Shown piece by piece: positions 1-16,143 of a stretch of 64,000 bases of DNA. Made by a program: the position numbers and the translations under genes. Source of the DNA: the human T2T-CHM13v2.0 reference genome, Homo sapiens; the NCBI RefSeq assembly GCF_009914755.1, contig NC_060927.1. One strand, written 5' to 3'. Below the pieces are notes generated by a model. It was not told the DNA's origin. It ran no database searches and was given only the letters and a program-made list of their open reading frames with translations. How positions within the stretch are numbered: the first letter of the stretch is position 1; each line of letters begins with the position of its first letter.

Positions 1-3523
<3,523 letters not shown>

Positions 3524-6500
3524 TAAATTTTTTTAAAATTATACTTTAAGTTCTGGGATACATGTGCAGAACAAGCAGGTTTGCTACATAGGTATACATG
3601 TGCCATGATGGTTTCCTGCACCCATCACCCTGTCATCTACATTTGGTATTTCTCCTAATGCTATTTCTCCCTTAATCCCCTACCTCCCGACAGGTCCCAG
3701 TGTGTGATGTTCCCCTCCTTGTGTTCAAATGTTCTCATTTTTCTACTCTCACTTATGAGTGAGAACATGTGGTATTTGGTTTTCTATTCTTGTGTTAGTT
3801 TCCTGAGAATGATGGTTTCCAGCTTCATCTATGTCCCTGAAAGGGACATGAACTCATCCATTTTTATGGCTGCATAGTATTCTGTGGTGTATATGTGCCA
3901 CATTTTCTTAATCCAGACTATCGTTTATGGACATTTGGGTGATTCCAAGTCTTTGCTATTGTGATCAGTGCCACAATAAACATACGTGTGTATGTGTCTT
4001 TATAGTAGAATGATTTATAATCCTTTGAGTATATACCCAGTAATGGGATTGGTGGGTCAAATGGTATTTCTGGTTCTAGATCTTGGAGGAATCACCACAC
4101 TCTCTTCCACAGTGATTGAACTAATTCACACTCCCACCAACATTGTAAAAGCATTCCTATTTCTCCACATCCTCTGCAACATCTGTGTTCCCTGACTTTT
4201 TAATGATTGCCATTCTAACTGGTATGAGATGGTATCCCATTGTGGTTTTGATTTGCATTTCTCTAATAACCAGTGATGATGAGCTTTTTTTCATATTTTT
4301 GTTGACTGCAATAAATGCCTTCTTTTCCTTTATCTGATTTTTGATGGGGTTGTTTTTTTCTCATAAATTTGTTTAAGTCATTTGTAGGTTCTGGATATTA
4401 GCCCTTTGTCAGATGGATAGATTGCAAAAATTTTCTCCCATTCTGTAGGTTGCCTTTTCACTCTGATAGTTTTTTTTTTTTTTTTTGCAGTGCAGAAGTT
4501 CTTTAGTTTAATTAGATTCCATTTATCAATTTTGGCTTTTGTTGCCATTGCTTTTGGTGTTTTAGTCATGAAGTCTTTCCTCTTCCCTATGTCCTGAATG
4601 GTATTGCCTAGGTTTTCTTCTAAGGTTTTTATGGTTTTAGGTCTACATTTAAGTCTTTAATCCATCTTGGGTTAATTTTTACATAAGGTATAAGGAAGTG
4701 GTCCAGTTTTAGGGTTCTGCATATGGCTAGCCAGTTTTCCCAACACCATTTATTAAATAGGGAATCCTTTTCCCATTTCTTGTTTTTGTCAGGTTCGTCA
4801 ATGATCAGATGGTTGTAGATGTGTGGTGCTATTTCTGAGGCCTCTGTTCTGTTCCATTGGTCTGTATATCTGTTTTGGTACCAGTACCATGCTATTTTGG
4901 TTACTGTAGCCTTGTAGTATAGTTTGAAGTCTGGTAGCATGATGCCTTCAGCTTTGTTATTTTTGCTTAGGGTTGTCTTTGCTATACGGGCTATTCTTTT
5001 GTCCCCTAAGCAATTTAAAGTGTTTCTCTTCTAATTCTGTGAAGAAAGTAAATGCTAGCTTGATGGGGATAGCATTGAATCTATAAATTACCTTGGGCAG
5101 TATGGCCATTTTCACGATATGGATTCTTCTATCCATGAGCATGGGATGTTTTTCCATTTGTTTGTGTCCTCTCTTATTTCGTTGAGCAGTGGTTTGTAGT
5201 TCTCCTGGAAGAGGTCCTTCACATCCCTTGTAAGTTGTATTCCTAGGTATTTTATTCTCTTTGTAGCAATTGTGAATGGGAGTTCACTCATGACCTGGCT
5301 CTGTATTATTTGTGGATAGGAATGTTTGTAATTTTCGCACATTGATTTTGTATCCTGAGACTTTGCTGAAGTTGCTTATCAGCTTTAGGAGTTTTTGGGC
5401 TGAGAATGGAGTTTCCTAAATATACAATCATGTCATCTGCAAACAGAGACAATTTGACTTCGTCTCTTCCTATTTGAATACGCTTTATTTTTTTCTCTTG
5501 CCTGATTGCCCTGGGAATCACATGCTGTATTTTTCAACCGCATCAGGTCATTTATGTTCTTCTCTAAACTGGTTATTCTAGTTAGCAATTCGTCTAACCT
5601 TTTTTCAAGGTTCTTATCTTCCTTGCATTGGGTTAGAACATGCTCCTTTAGCTCAGAGGAGTTTGTTATTACCCACCTTTTGAAGCCTCCTTCTGTCAAT
5701 TTGTCAAACTCATTCTCTGTCCAGTTTTGTTCCCTTGTTGTTGGAGGAGAAGAGACATTCTGGTTTTGCAATTTTCAGCCTTTTTGCGCTGGTTTCTCCC
5801 CATCTTTGTGGATGTATCTACCTTTGGTCTTTGACATTGGTGACCTTCGGATGGGGTTTTGGTGTGGACGTGCTTTTTGTTGATGTTCTTACTATTCCTT
5901 TCTGTTTATTAGTTTTCCTTCTAACAATCAGGCCCCTCTGCTGCAGGTCTGTTGGAGTTTTCTGGAGGTCCACTCCAGATCCTGTTTGCCTGGGTATCAC
6001 CAGCAGAGGCTGCAGAACAGCAAAGATTGCTGCCTGTTCCTTCCTCTGGAAGCTTTGTCCCAGAGCGGCACCCACCAGATGCCAGTTGGAGCTCTCTGTA
6101 TGAGGTGTCTGTCGATCACTGCTAGGAGGTTTCTCCCAGTCAGGAGGAATGGGGATCAGGGACCCCCTTGAGGAGGTAGTCTGTCACTTAGCAGAGCTCT
6201 AGTGCTGTGCTGGGAGATCCGCTGCTTTCTTCAGAGCTGCCAGGCAGGAATGTTTAAGTCTGCTGAGGCTGCTCCCACAGCTGCCCCTTCCCCGAGGTGC
6301 TCTGTCCCAGGGAGACGGGAGTTTTATCTATAAGCCCCTGACTGGGGCTGCTGCCTTTCTTTCAGGGATGCCCTGCCCAGAGAGGAGGAATCTAGAGAGG
6401 CAGTCTTGCTATAGCATCTTTGCCAAGCTGTGAGCTCTAGCCAGTTCGAACTTCCCAGCGGCTTTGTTTATGCTCTGAGGGGAAAACAACCTACTCAAGC

Positions 6501-6996
6501 CTCAGTAATGGTGGACCCCCCTCCCCCCCACCAAGCTGGAGCCTCCCAGGTCAACATCAGACTGCTGTGCTGGCAGTGAGAATTTCAAGCCAGTGGATTT
6601 TAGCTTGCTGGGCTCTGTGGGCGTAGGATCCACTGAGCTAGACCACTTGGCTCTCTGGCTTCAGCTGCTTTTCCAGGGGAGTGGACAGTTCTCTCTTGCT
6701 GGCATTCCAGGTGCCACTGGGGTGTGAAAAGAAACTCCTGCAGGTAGTTCAGTGTCTGTTCAAACAGCCGCCCAGTTTTATGCTTGAAACCCAGGGCTCT
6801 GATGGCGTAGGCACCAGAGGGAATCTCCTGGTCTGTGGGTTGTGAAGACCGTGGAAAAAGCACAGTATCTGGGCCAGAATGCACCATTCCTCACAGCACA
6901 GTCCCTCATGGCTTCCCTTGTCTGGTGCAGGGAGTTCCTTGACCCATTGCACTTCCCAGGAGAGGCGACGCCCCACTCTGCTTCTGCTCACCCTCT
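3524..6996 (-). mobile_element. LINE-1, L1PA7/8-like: 3'UTR and ORF2 3' half joined directly to ORF1 5' part and 5'UTR
   Basis: L1 3' end (ttatactttaagttctgggatacatgtgcag) at ~3539; ORF2 fragments 4378-5521; ORF1-like peptide (ENEFDKLTEGGFKR...DLMRLKNTA) in ORF 5433-5771; GC-rich 5'UTR ~5800-6996. Confidence 0.93.
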
Positions 6997-9010
6997 GCAA
7001 TAGTATTATGACATTTTTATAGTTTTTCAGCTCTGTCCGATCAGTTTTGTTGTTTCTTAAAATGTCCATTTTGTCTTTCAGTTCCTGAATCTTTTTAGTA
7101 TTGTCATTAGATTCCTTGGATTGGGTTTCAACTTTTTCCTGAATCTTGATGATCTTTGTTACTATACATGTTCTGAATTCTATTTCTGTCATTTAAGCCA
7201 TTTCATCCTGGTTAAGAACCATTGCTAGGGAAATAGTGCAGTCATTTAGAGGTAAGAAGACACTGTGGCTTTTTAGTGGCCAGAGTTCTTTGCTAGTTCT
7301 TTCTCATCTGTGTGGGCTAATGTTCCTTTAATCTTTGCAGTTGGTGTCCTTTGGATTTTTTTTCTTGTATTTTCTTTGATGTGCTTGAGGGTTTGACTGT
7401 GGTATAAGGTAGGTTCAGCTGACTGGGTTTGGTTCTGGAAAATTTTGGGTGACCAGTGCTCAGCTCAGTACCCGTGGATTGTGTCCTCTAACTCTGAGGG
7501 GCTGATACTAGGACCCCAGCTTTGTTCTTTGGCCCCTCAGGACTAGGAACCTGCTGTCCTGGAGGGGCTGAAGGGTTCTCAGTCTGCTGGTTATAACACT
7601 CTGATGGGGGGTGCTGGCCAAAGCACATCACTGGGGTGGTGGCAGCAGGATCAGTGCTTGCTTGCATGTGCCAGAAGCTGTGGTGTTGTGGTGAAGTACA
7701 CGTGCTTTGGCACATTTGCTGGGGTGGGGTGCTAGTGGGAGCCTTTCTTAGTTTTCACAGGTTCTGTATACTTACAACAAATTGTGGTCTTGTATATTTG
7801 GCTGAGATCCAGTAGGTGGTACTTAAGAGTGTTAGCTGGCAGATAGGCCCTTGCTCTGCTGCAAGGCTCTTTTGTGTTTTGGCAGAGTTGGCCATAGTGT
7901 ATTCTAGTGGACAGTGGGGAGACATGACCCACTTACCTAGTCTGGTAAGTGGAGGAACCCTCTCTGATTACTGGCTCTGTGCCCGTTTTGTCTGTTGGGT
8001 GTTCTGGTCCATGGGGCTACCTTAGGCAGGCGCTGTGGTTGGTAGACAGCAGGTATCCTTGCCAGGGCAGCCCTGTGGGGAGAGCCACACCCTGCTCCTT
8101 CACTGGTTTGCAAACCTGGGCATCTTACCTCTCTCAGTGATCCTAGAGTGAGGACTCCTCCCTGCTTGGGCACCACCTAAGCCAGCAAGTCCTGCTCAGG
8201 TAGGAGCTGCGAAGGTGAATGAGATCACCTAATCTGTCTGGGTGCTTCTCAGGAGTACCAGGGGTTGTGACTGCTGGCAGAGTTCAGGCAGAAGCTAGAC
8301 TGCTGGGCTAGAAGCTCTAGAGGGTATGGACAATCTGGCTACAAGAGGTATGAGTGGGCTGAGTTGCTTTCTCTGCCATCTGGGTATTTCCCAGGGCAAT
8401 GTGAGGCTGTGCTCCTCTGCAGAGTTCAGGCAGACGTAGAATCGCTGGTCTAGAAGCTCTAGCAGGTGTGGTCCACTTGGCTACCAGTGGCGGGGTGGGC
8501 AGGGTTTCCCACCCTGCCTTCTGGGTGTTTCCTTGGACAGCAGGAGGCTGCACCTACTGGCTGAGTTCAGGTAGGTGTGGGACCACTGGGTCAAAAGCTG
8601 GCACTGAGCCTTGTCTGGTAGGTAGCGGTAGAGCCATCTTACTACTCCCAGGAACCATGACTGTAGCCTCTTTCTGGGCTATGATGCTGGTGCTGATCTG
8701 TTCCAGGGTCTGGGGCTTGTTAGAGGTCCCCTTGAACTTGAGAGTTTCCTCTGCAAAAACTCTGGGTAGCTTTCTGCCTTGGTTTAGAAGCATAGTAGGG
8801 GACACTTGGGGAAGGGGGCTGGGGCATACTCCCATTCCCAGTCTTGCACAGGTCCCTGTGGAGAATGTGAATCCCCCCGGGGGCTCCCACTCATTCACCC
8901 TTTCCCATGTTGGAGAGCTTCTCCTGACTGGTGTTGATCCCAGATACGCTGCTACCCAGCTTCACTCCTCTCTGCTATCTGTGTCCCCTTGCTGTCTCGA
9001 TGGTACTTGA
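6997..9010 (-). mobile_element. Older LINE-1 (L1PB/L1P4-like) ORF1 5' part and 5'UTR
   Basis: ORF 6749-7192 begins with L1 ORF1p coiled-coil-like sequence (EIEFRTCIVTKIIKIQEKVETQSKE); GC-rich UTR with ~141-bp monomers. Confidence 0.8.
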
Positions 9011-9029
9011 CCAGTTTCTTAATGATACA

Positions 9030-9700
9030 AACATTTGAGGCTTTGAACTTTTCTCTACATACTGCTTTAGCTGTATTATTTTTAATTCTACAAATTTATT
9101 TTGCCTCTTCTCTTTGAAGAGTTGTTTTCAGAGCAATTTATTTAGTTTTCAGGGAAAGAGACTTATCCTTTTCCAATGTTATTAATTTTTAATTTTATTA
9201 TATTGTAAGGAAATATTATTGTTTTATTTCCACCTTTCAGAATTTAATGAGATGCTAATGGCTTAATATATGGTCAGTTTTAATGTTTATTAATACTTAC
9301 AGAAGGCATATTATCTGCTTTCATAGATATTTATGAAATATATCTACTTAATTATGCCATTAAAATATCCTATATTGTCTGTTATATTTTTGACCACTTG
9401 AGGTGTCATTATCACTTGACTTGATATGTCATTGATAGAAGTTAATTTTCCGACTGTGTTTGTTGGCTATTGTTTCTTCTATCACATACCTTCTATTTAA
9501 GAATGCTGCTGCTAAGCTTTCTGGTTCATACATATTTGTAAATTGTTATAATTTTTTTATGAATTGCCCTCTTTGACATTATAAATTACCCATATTTGCT
9601 TAATACTTTTGGGTTATATTATACCTTTTTGATATTAAATCCAGAAACTTTGCTTTCTTTTCATTTGTATTTGCCCAGTATTCTTTTTCCCAATCTGTTA
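9030..9700 (-). mobile_element. Ancient L1M ORF2 (endonuclease region) relic
   Basis: Degenerate L1 motifs (actgctttagctgta, atatggtcagtttt, tttgcccagtattctttttcc). Confidence 0.55.
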
Positions 9701-9701
9701 A

Positions 9702-9998
<297 letters not shown>

Positions 9999-10546
9999 CC
10001 CATCTTCTAATTTTTAACTTGGATTGCTCTTTTGTAGGTAGGGCAGCAGATTAAGGGGATTTTCTTTAGTCCATATCTAATTCTAACCACCCAAATTGAT
10101 AATTCATTAGAAAAATATGCTTAAAGAAACACACTAGGGTATCTTATTACTACTGCTATTTTACTATTAATACTAATAGTACATACTCTGCTGCCACTAT
10201 TATCATTCTTATTATTTTAGTAATTGTTACTTGAGACCCTTCCATTATACTAGTATATCTAACTTTTTCTCTTGATTTCCTATTTATCCATCTGAAGTTC
10301 CCTGTATTTTTTTAGGGGAGAATTTGTGGCTAGGTTCCTCTCAATGGACCATCAAATACTGACATGCAAGGAAAAAAAAATGTTACAGATACTGCAAAGC
10401 AATTAGTTTGGATAAATAAAAAACCAAATTAAAAGCCTTTCTGTCACTGTTAGATCGGTCATGGTGCCTCCCTTGTAGGGAATAGTGTCAGATCTTTAAT
10501 TTGTAAACAGAAGATATTGAAGGTGTTCTGTCTCCTCAGAATATTC

Positions 10547-10592
10547 TTGAGTATTATGTTACTTGAATATTATGTTACTTTAGTATTAATGT
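10547..10592. repeat. 16-bp tandem repeat, ~2.8 copies
   Basis: ttgagtattatgttac ttgaatattatgttac tttagtattaatgt. Confidence 0.85.
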
Positions 10593-11639
10593 GAAGTCTC
10601 TGGATCATTAGGCTTCTATAAACTTATTAACACACCTTGACAGCAGTAGACAGCAGAAACTTACTTTGGTGATGGCATAATAGTCTCTTGCAGACATTAA
10701 TACATCCAGTGTGAAAAGTTGAGAATTTATTGTGCTAAGACTGTAACAAGGAACATAGAATGTATTATTCAAGAACATGTGAGCTCTAAAACACAAGAAG
10801 ACAAAATTTAATGAACATATTGTACCAAGAAAATCTTGCTTGGTTAAAATTACAGATAGTCTCTTCTTAAATTTATCTTATCAAACGCTTTACAGAAACT
10901 ATGGGGAATACTTAATTCTTCCATTCTTGTAACTTTAAAAGACTTTCTAATTCTGCCACAGCCAGAATGCTTGCAACAGCAAGTTTTTGTTCTTTGTGTG
11001 AATCTTATCAATTTAAATATTTGTATCCATAATGACATTCTCATTTTGATGTATTAATGTCAATGGTATGTTAATTTTCGATGTTTTTATCCTTTTTTGT
11101 CATTTAATTAATTGTTCCTCCCTAATTTAATTAAATACGTAGTCATAAGACTAATTATATCATATCTCTGAGTTATTTGATCTGTGAAATGACTTAAAAA
11201 ATGTGTTGTACGTGTTCATTTTGCCTGAGGGAAAACCATGATAGGAAAGGATACATTAATATCTCAGCAAATATAAATTACACTCAGAGTTCTTCTAGTA
11301 TCAAACTAATTAGATGGTGGAGGTTAGTTTGTGAAAGGTTTTTTTTTTAAAGAACTATTGAGAAAATGGGAGTTATGGAATCTAAACATTGAATGTTTTT
11401 GGAGTTTATAAATGTTGTTAACTAAGCTAATTTGGATGTTTGACACTTTGACACACCCCTGGGGAATGCTGCGATAGCTGGATTTGTTTTATTCTTACTC
11501 AGGGTTTCAGTTGTCTGTCAACAGATAATGGATCTGTTGTTTCAATTTCATTTGACTCTGAAATTTTCACTCATATTTCTGAACACATGCACACATTTGC
11601 ACATACACAAGCACGTACATCCTTTTGAAAAGCAGTAAG

Positions 11640-11850
11640 CAGCTCTGGAATCATCCAGACTTAAGAGTCTAATCAAACTCTCAAGTTGCTGTGTGGCTTT
11701 GAAGTTCATGATTCTGGTCAGTTTCCTTGACTTGTCAAGCCTTCAATTCTCATTTGTAAGTGGCAGTTACAATACCAACCTTTCAGAATTGCTCTGAGGA
11801 TTAAATTAACTCATTTATGTAAAACACTCAATGTAAAACCTAGTATAGAG
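11640..11850 (+). mobile_element. MIR SINE
   Basis: MIR core-like ctcatttgtaag...ctgaggattaaattaactcatttatgtaaaacact. Confidence 0.7.
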
Positions 11851-11863
11851 ACTAAACTCCATA

Positions 11864-12712
11864 TGGTCATGTGCCACATAACAACATTTTGGGCATTTAT
11901 GGACTTAATGTATGAAAGTGGTCCGATTAGATTATAATGGGGTTGAAAAATGTTTATTGCCTAGTGATGTTGTGAAAGTTGTAATGTCAAAAATATATTT
12001 AAAAATTAAAGATTTATAAAGTAAAAATGTTACAGTAAACTAAGTTAATTTATTATTAAAGAAGAATACTCTGAGTGCAGTGGCTCATGCCCATAATCCC
12101 AGCACTTTGGGAGGCTGAGGCAGGAGGATCACTTGAGCCCAGGATTTTTAGGCTGCAGCAATCAAAGCATGATCAAGCTTTGATCATGCTATTGCACTCC
12201 AGCCTGGGAGACAGAATGAGACCTTGTGTGTTTAAAAAAAGGAAAAAAATATTTAAAAAAATTTAATGTAGCATAATTGTACTGTGTTTATAAAGTCTAG
12301 GGTAGTGTACAATAATGTCCTGGGCCTTCACATTCACTCACCACTCACTGACTGACTCATCTAGAGCAACTTCCAGTCCTGCAAGCTCCACTCATGGTAA
12401 GTTCCCTATACAAGTGTACCATTTTTTTGTCTTTTATACTATATTTTTACTGTGTCTTTTCCACATTTAGTTATGTTTAGATACACAGATACTTACCATT
12501 ATGTTGCAGTTGCCTACTGTATTCAGTACAGTAACATGCTGTATAGCTTTGTAGCCTAGGAATAATAGGCTATACTATATAGCCTAGGTGTGTCGTAGGC
12601 TACGTCTCTTATACTTATAGAATGTAAGTACATTCCATGATCACACAATGACAAACTTGCCTAACAACACATTTCTCAGAATGTATCCCTGTCATTAAGT
12701 GACATATGACTG
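11864..12712. mobile_element. Tigger3-type (MER7/GOLEM) non-autonomous DNA transposon
   Basis: TA-flanked TIRs tggtcatgtgccacataac ... attaagtgacatatgactg; internal cacattcactcaccactcactgactgactca motif. Confidence 0.88.
12069..12250 (+). mobile_element. Alu monomer (FRAM/AluJ-like) nested in Tigger3
   Basis: tggctcatgcccataatcccagcactttggg...gcactccagcctggg followed by A-rich tail. Confidence 0.9.
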
Positions 12713-13399
12713 TAATAAAAATAATGTTACTTTTACTATTAATCAAATTTTGAAGCACAAATGGAAAAATAACCCTTAATTTCATTCTTTTAACAAAACA
12801 GTGCTGATTTTTTCTTATTAATAATGGATGTGTTTTTATGAATTTATATTTTAAAATGTATTTTAAAAATTTACAAAGCCCTTTTTTTCAAAAGTATTTG
12901 AGGTAGTTTATGTGGTTGTTTGTTGTTAATTGAAAACAAAGGTAAGACACAAAATTCTGACTTTTATCAAAAGCATTTTTCCTGTATCCATTATGGGCAT
13001 TTTGGATGACTGTGTAAGAGTTCACTGAAAATTGATATTTCATAACTTAATGATTCTCTGTGGTTGGATACTTATCAAGCCTTATTTTTAATTAATACAA
13101 AAATATTGGAGAAACATCTGCCCATTGGTATTTTATTCCAATGGATTATATCCTTAAATTTTCTTGGAGTAAATTACTTACTCAAATGTATGATATGTGT
13201 TTGACTTGTTATTAAGTTGCTACCCACTAATAATAGTTTTTTAAAAAGTTATTTATAGTAACAGAACTGTAGCAAAAGCGACAGGAATCCTTGAGCAGCT
13301 GTATTGAATAACTAAGGTCATCTCCATTCATAATAAACCCCCCACCCTCTTTAACAGGCCCTTTTACTCACTGCAGAACTCATCTAGCAGCCTTTGGCA

Positions 13400-13610
13400 C
13401 ATGACCTCACAATATTGGATGTTGTTTATTCAATCAGTTGGGCTCTAGACCCAAATTGAGCCAATCAGAGTCCTTCCCTGATAATGTGGATTTGAAACAA
13501 AGGAAGAGATTTAGTTTCTCGGAGTGACTGAACCAATAGAATGTACACCAGGGACTGGAGACACAGAAGAAGTTAGTTTTTAGGGAGAGAGAGAAAGAAC
13601 AAAAAAAAAG
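13400..13610 (+). mobile_element. Old MaLR LTR fragment (MLT1J/K-like)
   Basis: cccaaattgagccaatcagagtccttccctg motif. Confidence 0.5.
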
Positions 13611-13617
13611 GAAGCAA

Positions 13618-13659
<42 letters not shown>

Positions 13660-13678
13660 GTATATATAGAGAGAGAGA
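13618..13678. repeat. (TA)n(GA)n microsatellite
   Basis: Directly visible. Confidence 0.97.
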
Positions 13679-13702
13679 TCAGAAATTGAGTGTGTTTAAA
13701 TG

Positions 13703-13943
13703 TTTTTCTTTTTTCCTTTCCTTTTTTTTTTTTTTTTTCTTTTTTGAGACGAGGTCTTGCTCTGTCACTCTGGCTGGGGTGCAGTGGGCTGAGCCACAGG
13801 ACTCACTGTAGCCTTGACCTCCCAGGCTTAATTGATACTTCTGCTTCAGCCTCCTGGTATTGAACTCCTGGGCTCAAGTGATCCTTCCTCCTTGGCCTCT
13901 CAAAGTGCTGGAATTGTAGGCATGACCAAACATGCTTGGCCTA
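13703..13943 (-). mobile_element. AluJ with central deletion
   Basis: T-rich tail; right arm joined to left arm at ~13855 without the A-rich linker. Confidence 0.9.
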
Positions 13944-14087
13944 ATTGTTTTTTCAGGACATGTTTCAAATTCCTTCTTGAGGCCCCTGTGATTCTTAGAA
14001 TAAGCTCTTTTGTTTAGTTAACTTGGATTTTTTTTTTTTTTTTTTACAATGTGTGATCAAGAGCCCCAATTCATGCAGTGTAACACC

Positions 14088-14492
14088 TGTACTGTTAGGC
14101 CATTCTTGTATTGCTATTAATACCTGAGGCTGGGTAATTTTTAAAGAAAAGAGGTTTAATTGGCTCTTGGTTCTGGAGGCTTTACAGGAACCATGGTGCT
14201 GGCAAACACTTGGCTTCTGGGAAGGCCTCAGGAAGCTTCCAATCATGGCAAAAGGTGAAGCGGGTACAGACATGGTGAGAGTGTGAGTAAGAAAGAGGGT
14301 GTGGGGGAGGGAGAGGTGCCACATAGTTTAAACAACCAGATTTTGTGTGAACTCACTCACTATCACGAGGACAGCTCCAAGCCATGAGAAATTTGTCTCC
14401 ATGATCCAATCACCTCCCACCAGACCCCACCTCCAAAACTGGGGATTAAAATTCAACATGAGATGGAGAGGGGACAACATCCCAACTATGGC
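14088..14492 (-). mobile_element. MaLR solo LTR (MSTA/MSTB-like)
   Basis: aagaaaagaggtttaattggctc...ggaagcttccaatcatggc...ccaatcacctcccaccag. Confidence 0.9.
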
Positions 14493-14609
14493 AGGGCCTT
14501 TTATGCAGGTAGAGTGAGTAACTTTAAAGATGGTATGTGTGTGTCTATCCAATACTTTGTCCTCCTTTGTTTGAAATCCTAACATTAAAAAGGAGAGAAG
14601 TGACATTAA

Positions 14610-14765
14610 TTGTTCACTTACCATGTTTCACATCTTTTCAAGAAAATTATTTAAATCATCTAATAATCCCATTGTGGTGTTAATCTATTTTACAGATGAA
14701 GGTATTTGTGTGTAGAGAAGTTAAATAACTTTTCAAGGTTGTACAGAAATCAAGGAGCAGAACCT
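14610..14765 (-). mobile_element. MIR fragment
   Basis: attttacagatgaag...gagaagttaaataacttttcaagg. Confidence 0.65.
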
Positions 14766-14784
14766 AAAAGGTTTAGGGAAGTTA

Positions 14785-15174
<390 letters not shown>

Positions 15175-15564
15175 TTACCTGGGCTTCAGAATTCCAACCT
15201 CAATGTAATCTTGGCTGCTGCTACTACTCTTCAGAATCACCAGATCAGATGATTAAACCCCCTTTCCTTGTCTTAAATGAAATTCCCTTAGAAAATTACT
15301 GTAATTACTCATATCACTTTGCTCTTTCCCTTGTTTCTCAGACTTCAGTATTTTTGGGGTCATATCTGGCTACAATATACTTCATTATTCTTCCACAAAT
15401 AGCTCCACTTTATAAAAACAAATAATAATATATTTTCAGAAAAACTTTGTTGCATGATATAAATAGAAAATTGCTATCACTTGCTCATTCTGTGTAAATT
15501 CATATAGGGATTCACGAGTGATGCCTGAGTAAGCTTTGGGAAACCTTGGCCATCTACATAGTTT

Positions 15565-15679
15565 TATTTGCCTCCAGTTTTATGGAGGTATAAGTGGCAA
15601 ATAAAATTTATACGTATTTAAAGTGTACAACATAATGTTTTGATATATGTTGTGAAGTGATTACTATAATCAAGCTAGT
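15565..15679 (-). mobile_element. L1MA 3'-terminal fragment
   Basis: tttatggaggtataagtggcaaataaaa...aagtgtacaacat...caagcta resembles an L1MA8/9 3' end. Confidence 0.65.
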
Positions 15680-16143
15680 TTATTTTTAACTAATAAATAC
15701 AAATGTTATGTATTTAGGAAACGAGATATATTGTTTCAAAATATGTGTACATTATGAAATATCTAAATTGAGCTAATGTATTACATACATTTTATGTGAT
15801 GAGAACACTAAAAATCTACTCTTAGCAATTTTCAAATGTAGAATACATTGTTATTAACTATAGTCACTATATTGTTCAATAGATCTCCTTAAATTATTCC
15901 TCCTAACTGAAATTTTGTATCTTTGACTAACATCTCCCCAAACCCTTCTGTCCAAGCCACTGGTAACCACCAAATCTATTCTCTGCTTCTATGAGTTTGA
16001 CTTTTTTAGATTCCATATGTAAGTGAGATCACACAATGTTTGTCTTTTGTGTTTAGCTTATTTTGTGTAATGTTCTCCAGGTTTATCCATGTTGTTGCAC
16101 ATGGCAAGATTTCCTTTTTTTAGGGCTCAAGAATATTCTATTT

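Noticed and set aside
7488-9010. Cluster of 60-180 aa ORFs in GC-rich sequence (also 22661-23627)
   Set aside because: They lie within L1 5'UTRs; GC-richness lowers stop frequency and there is no recognisable protein family.
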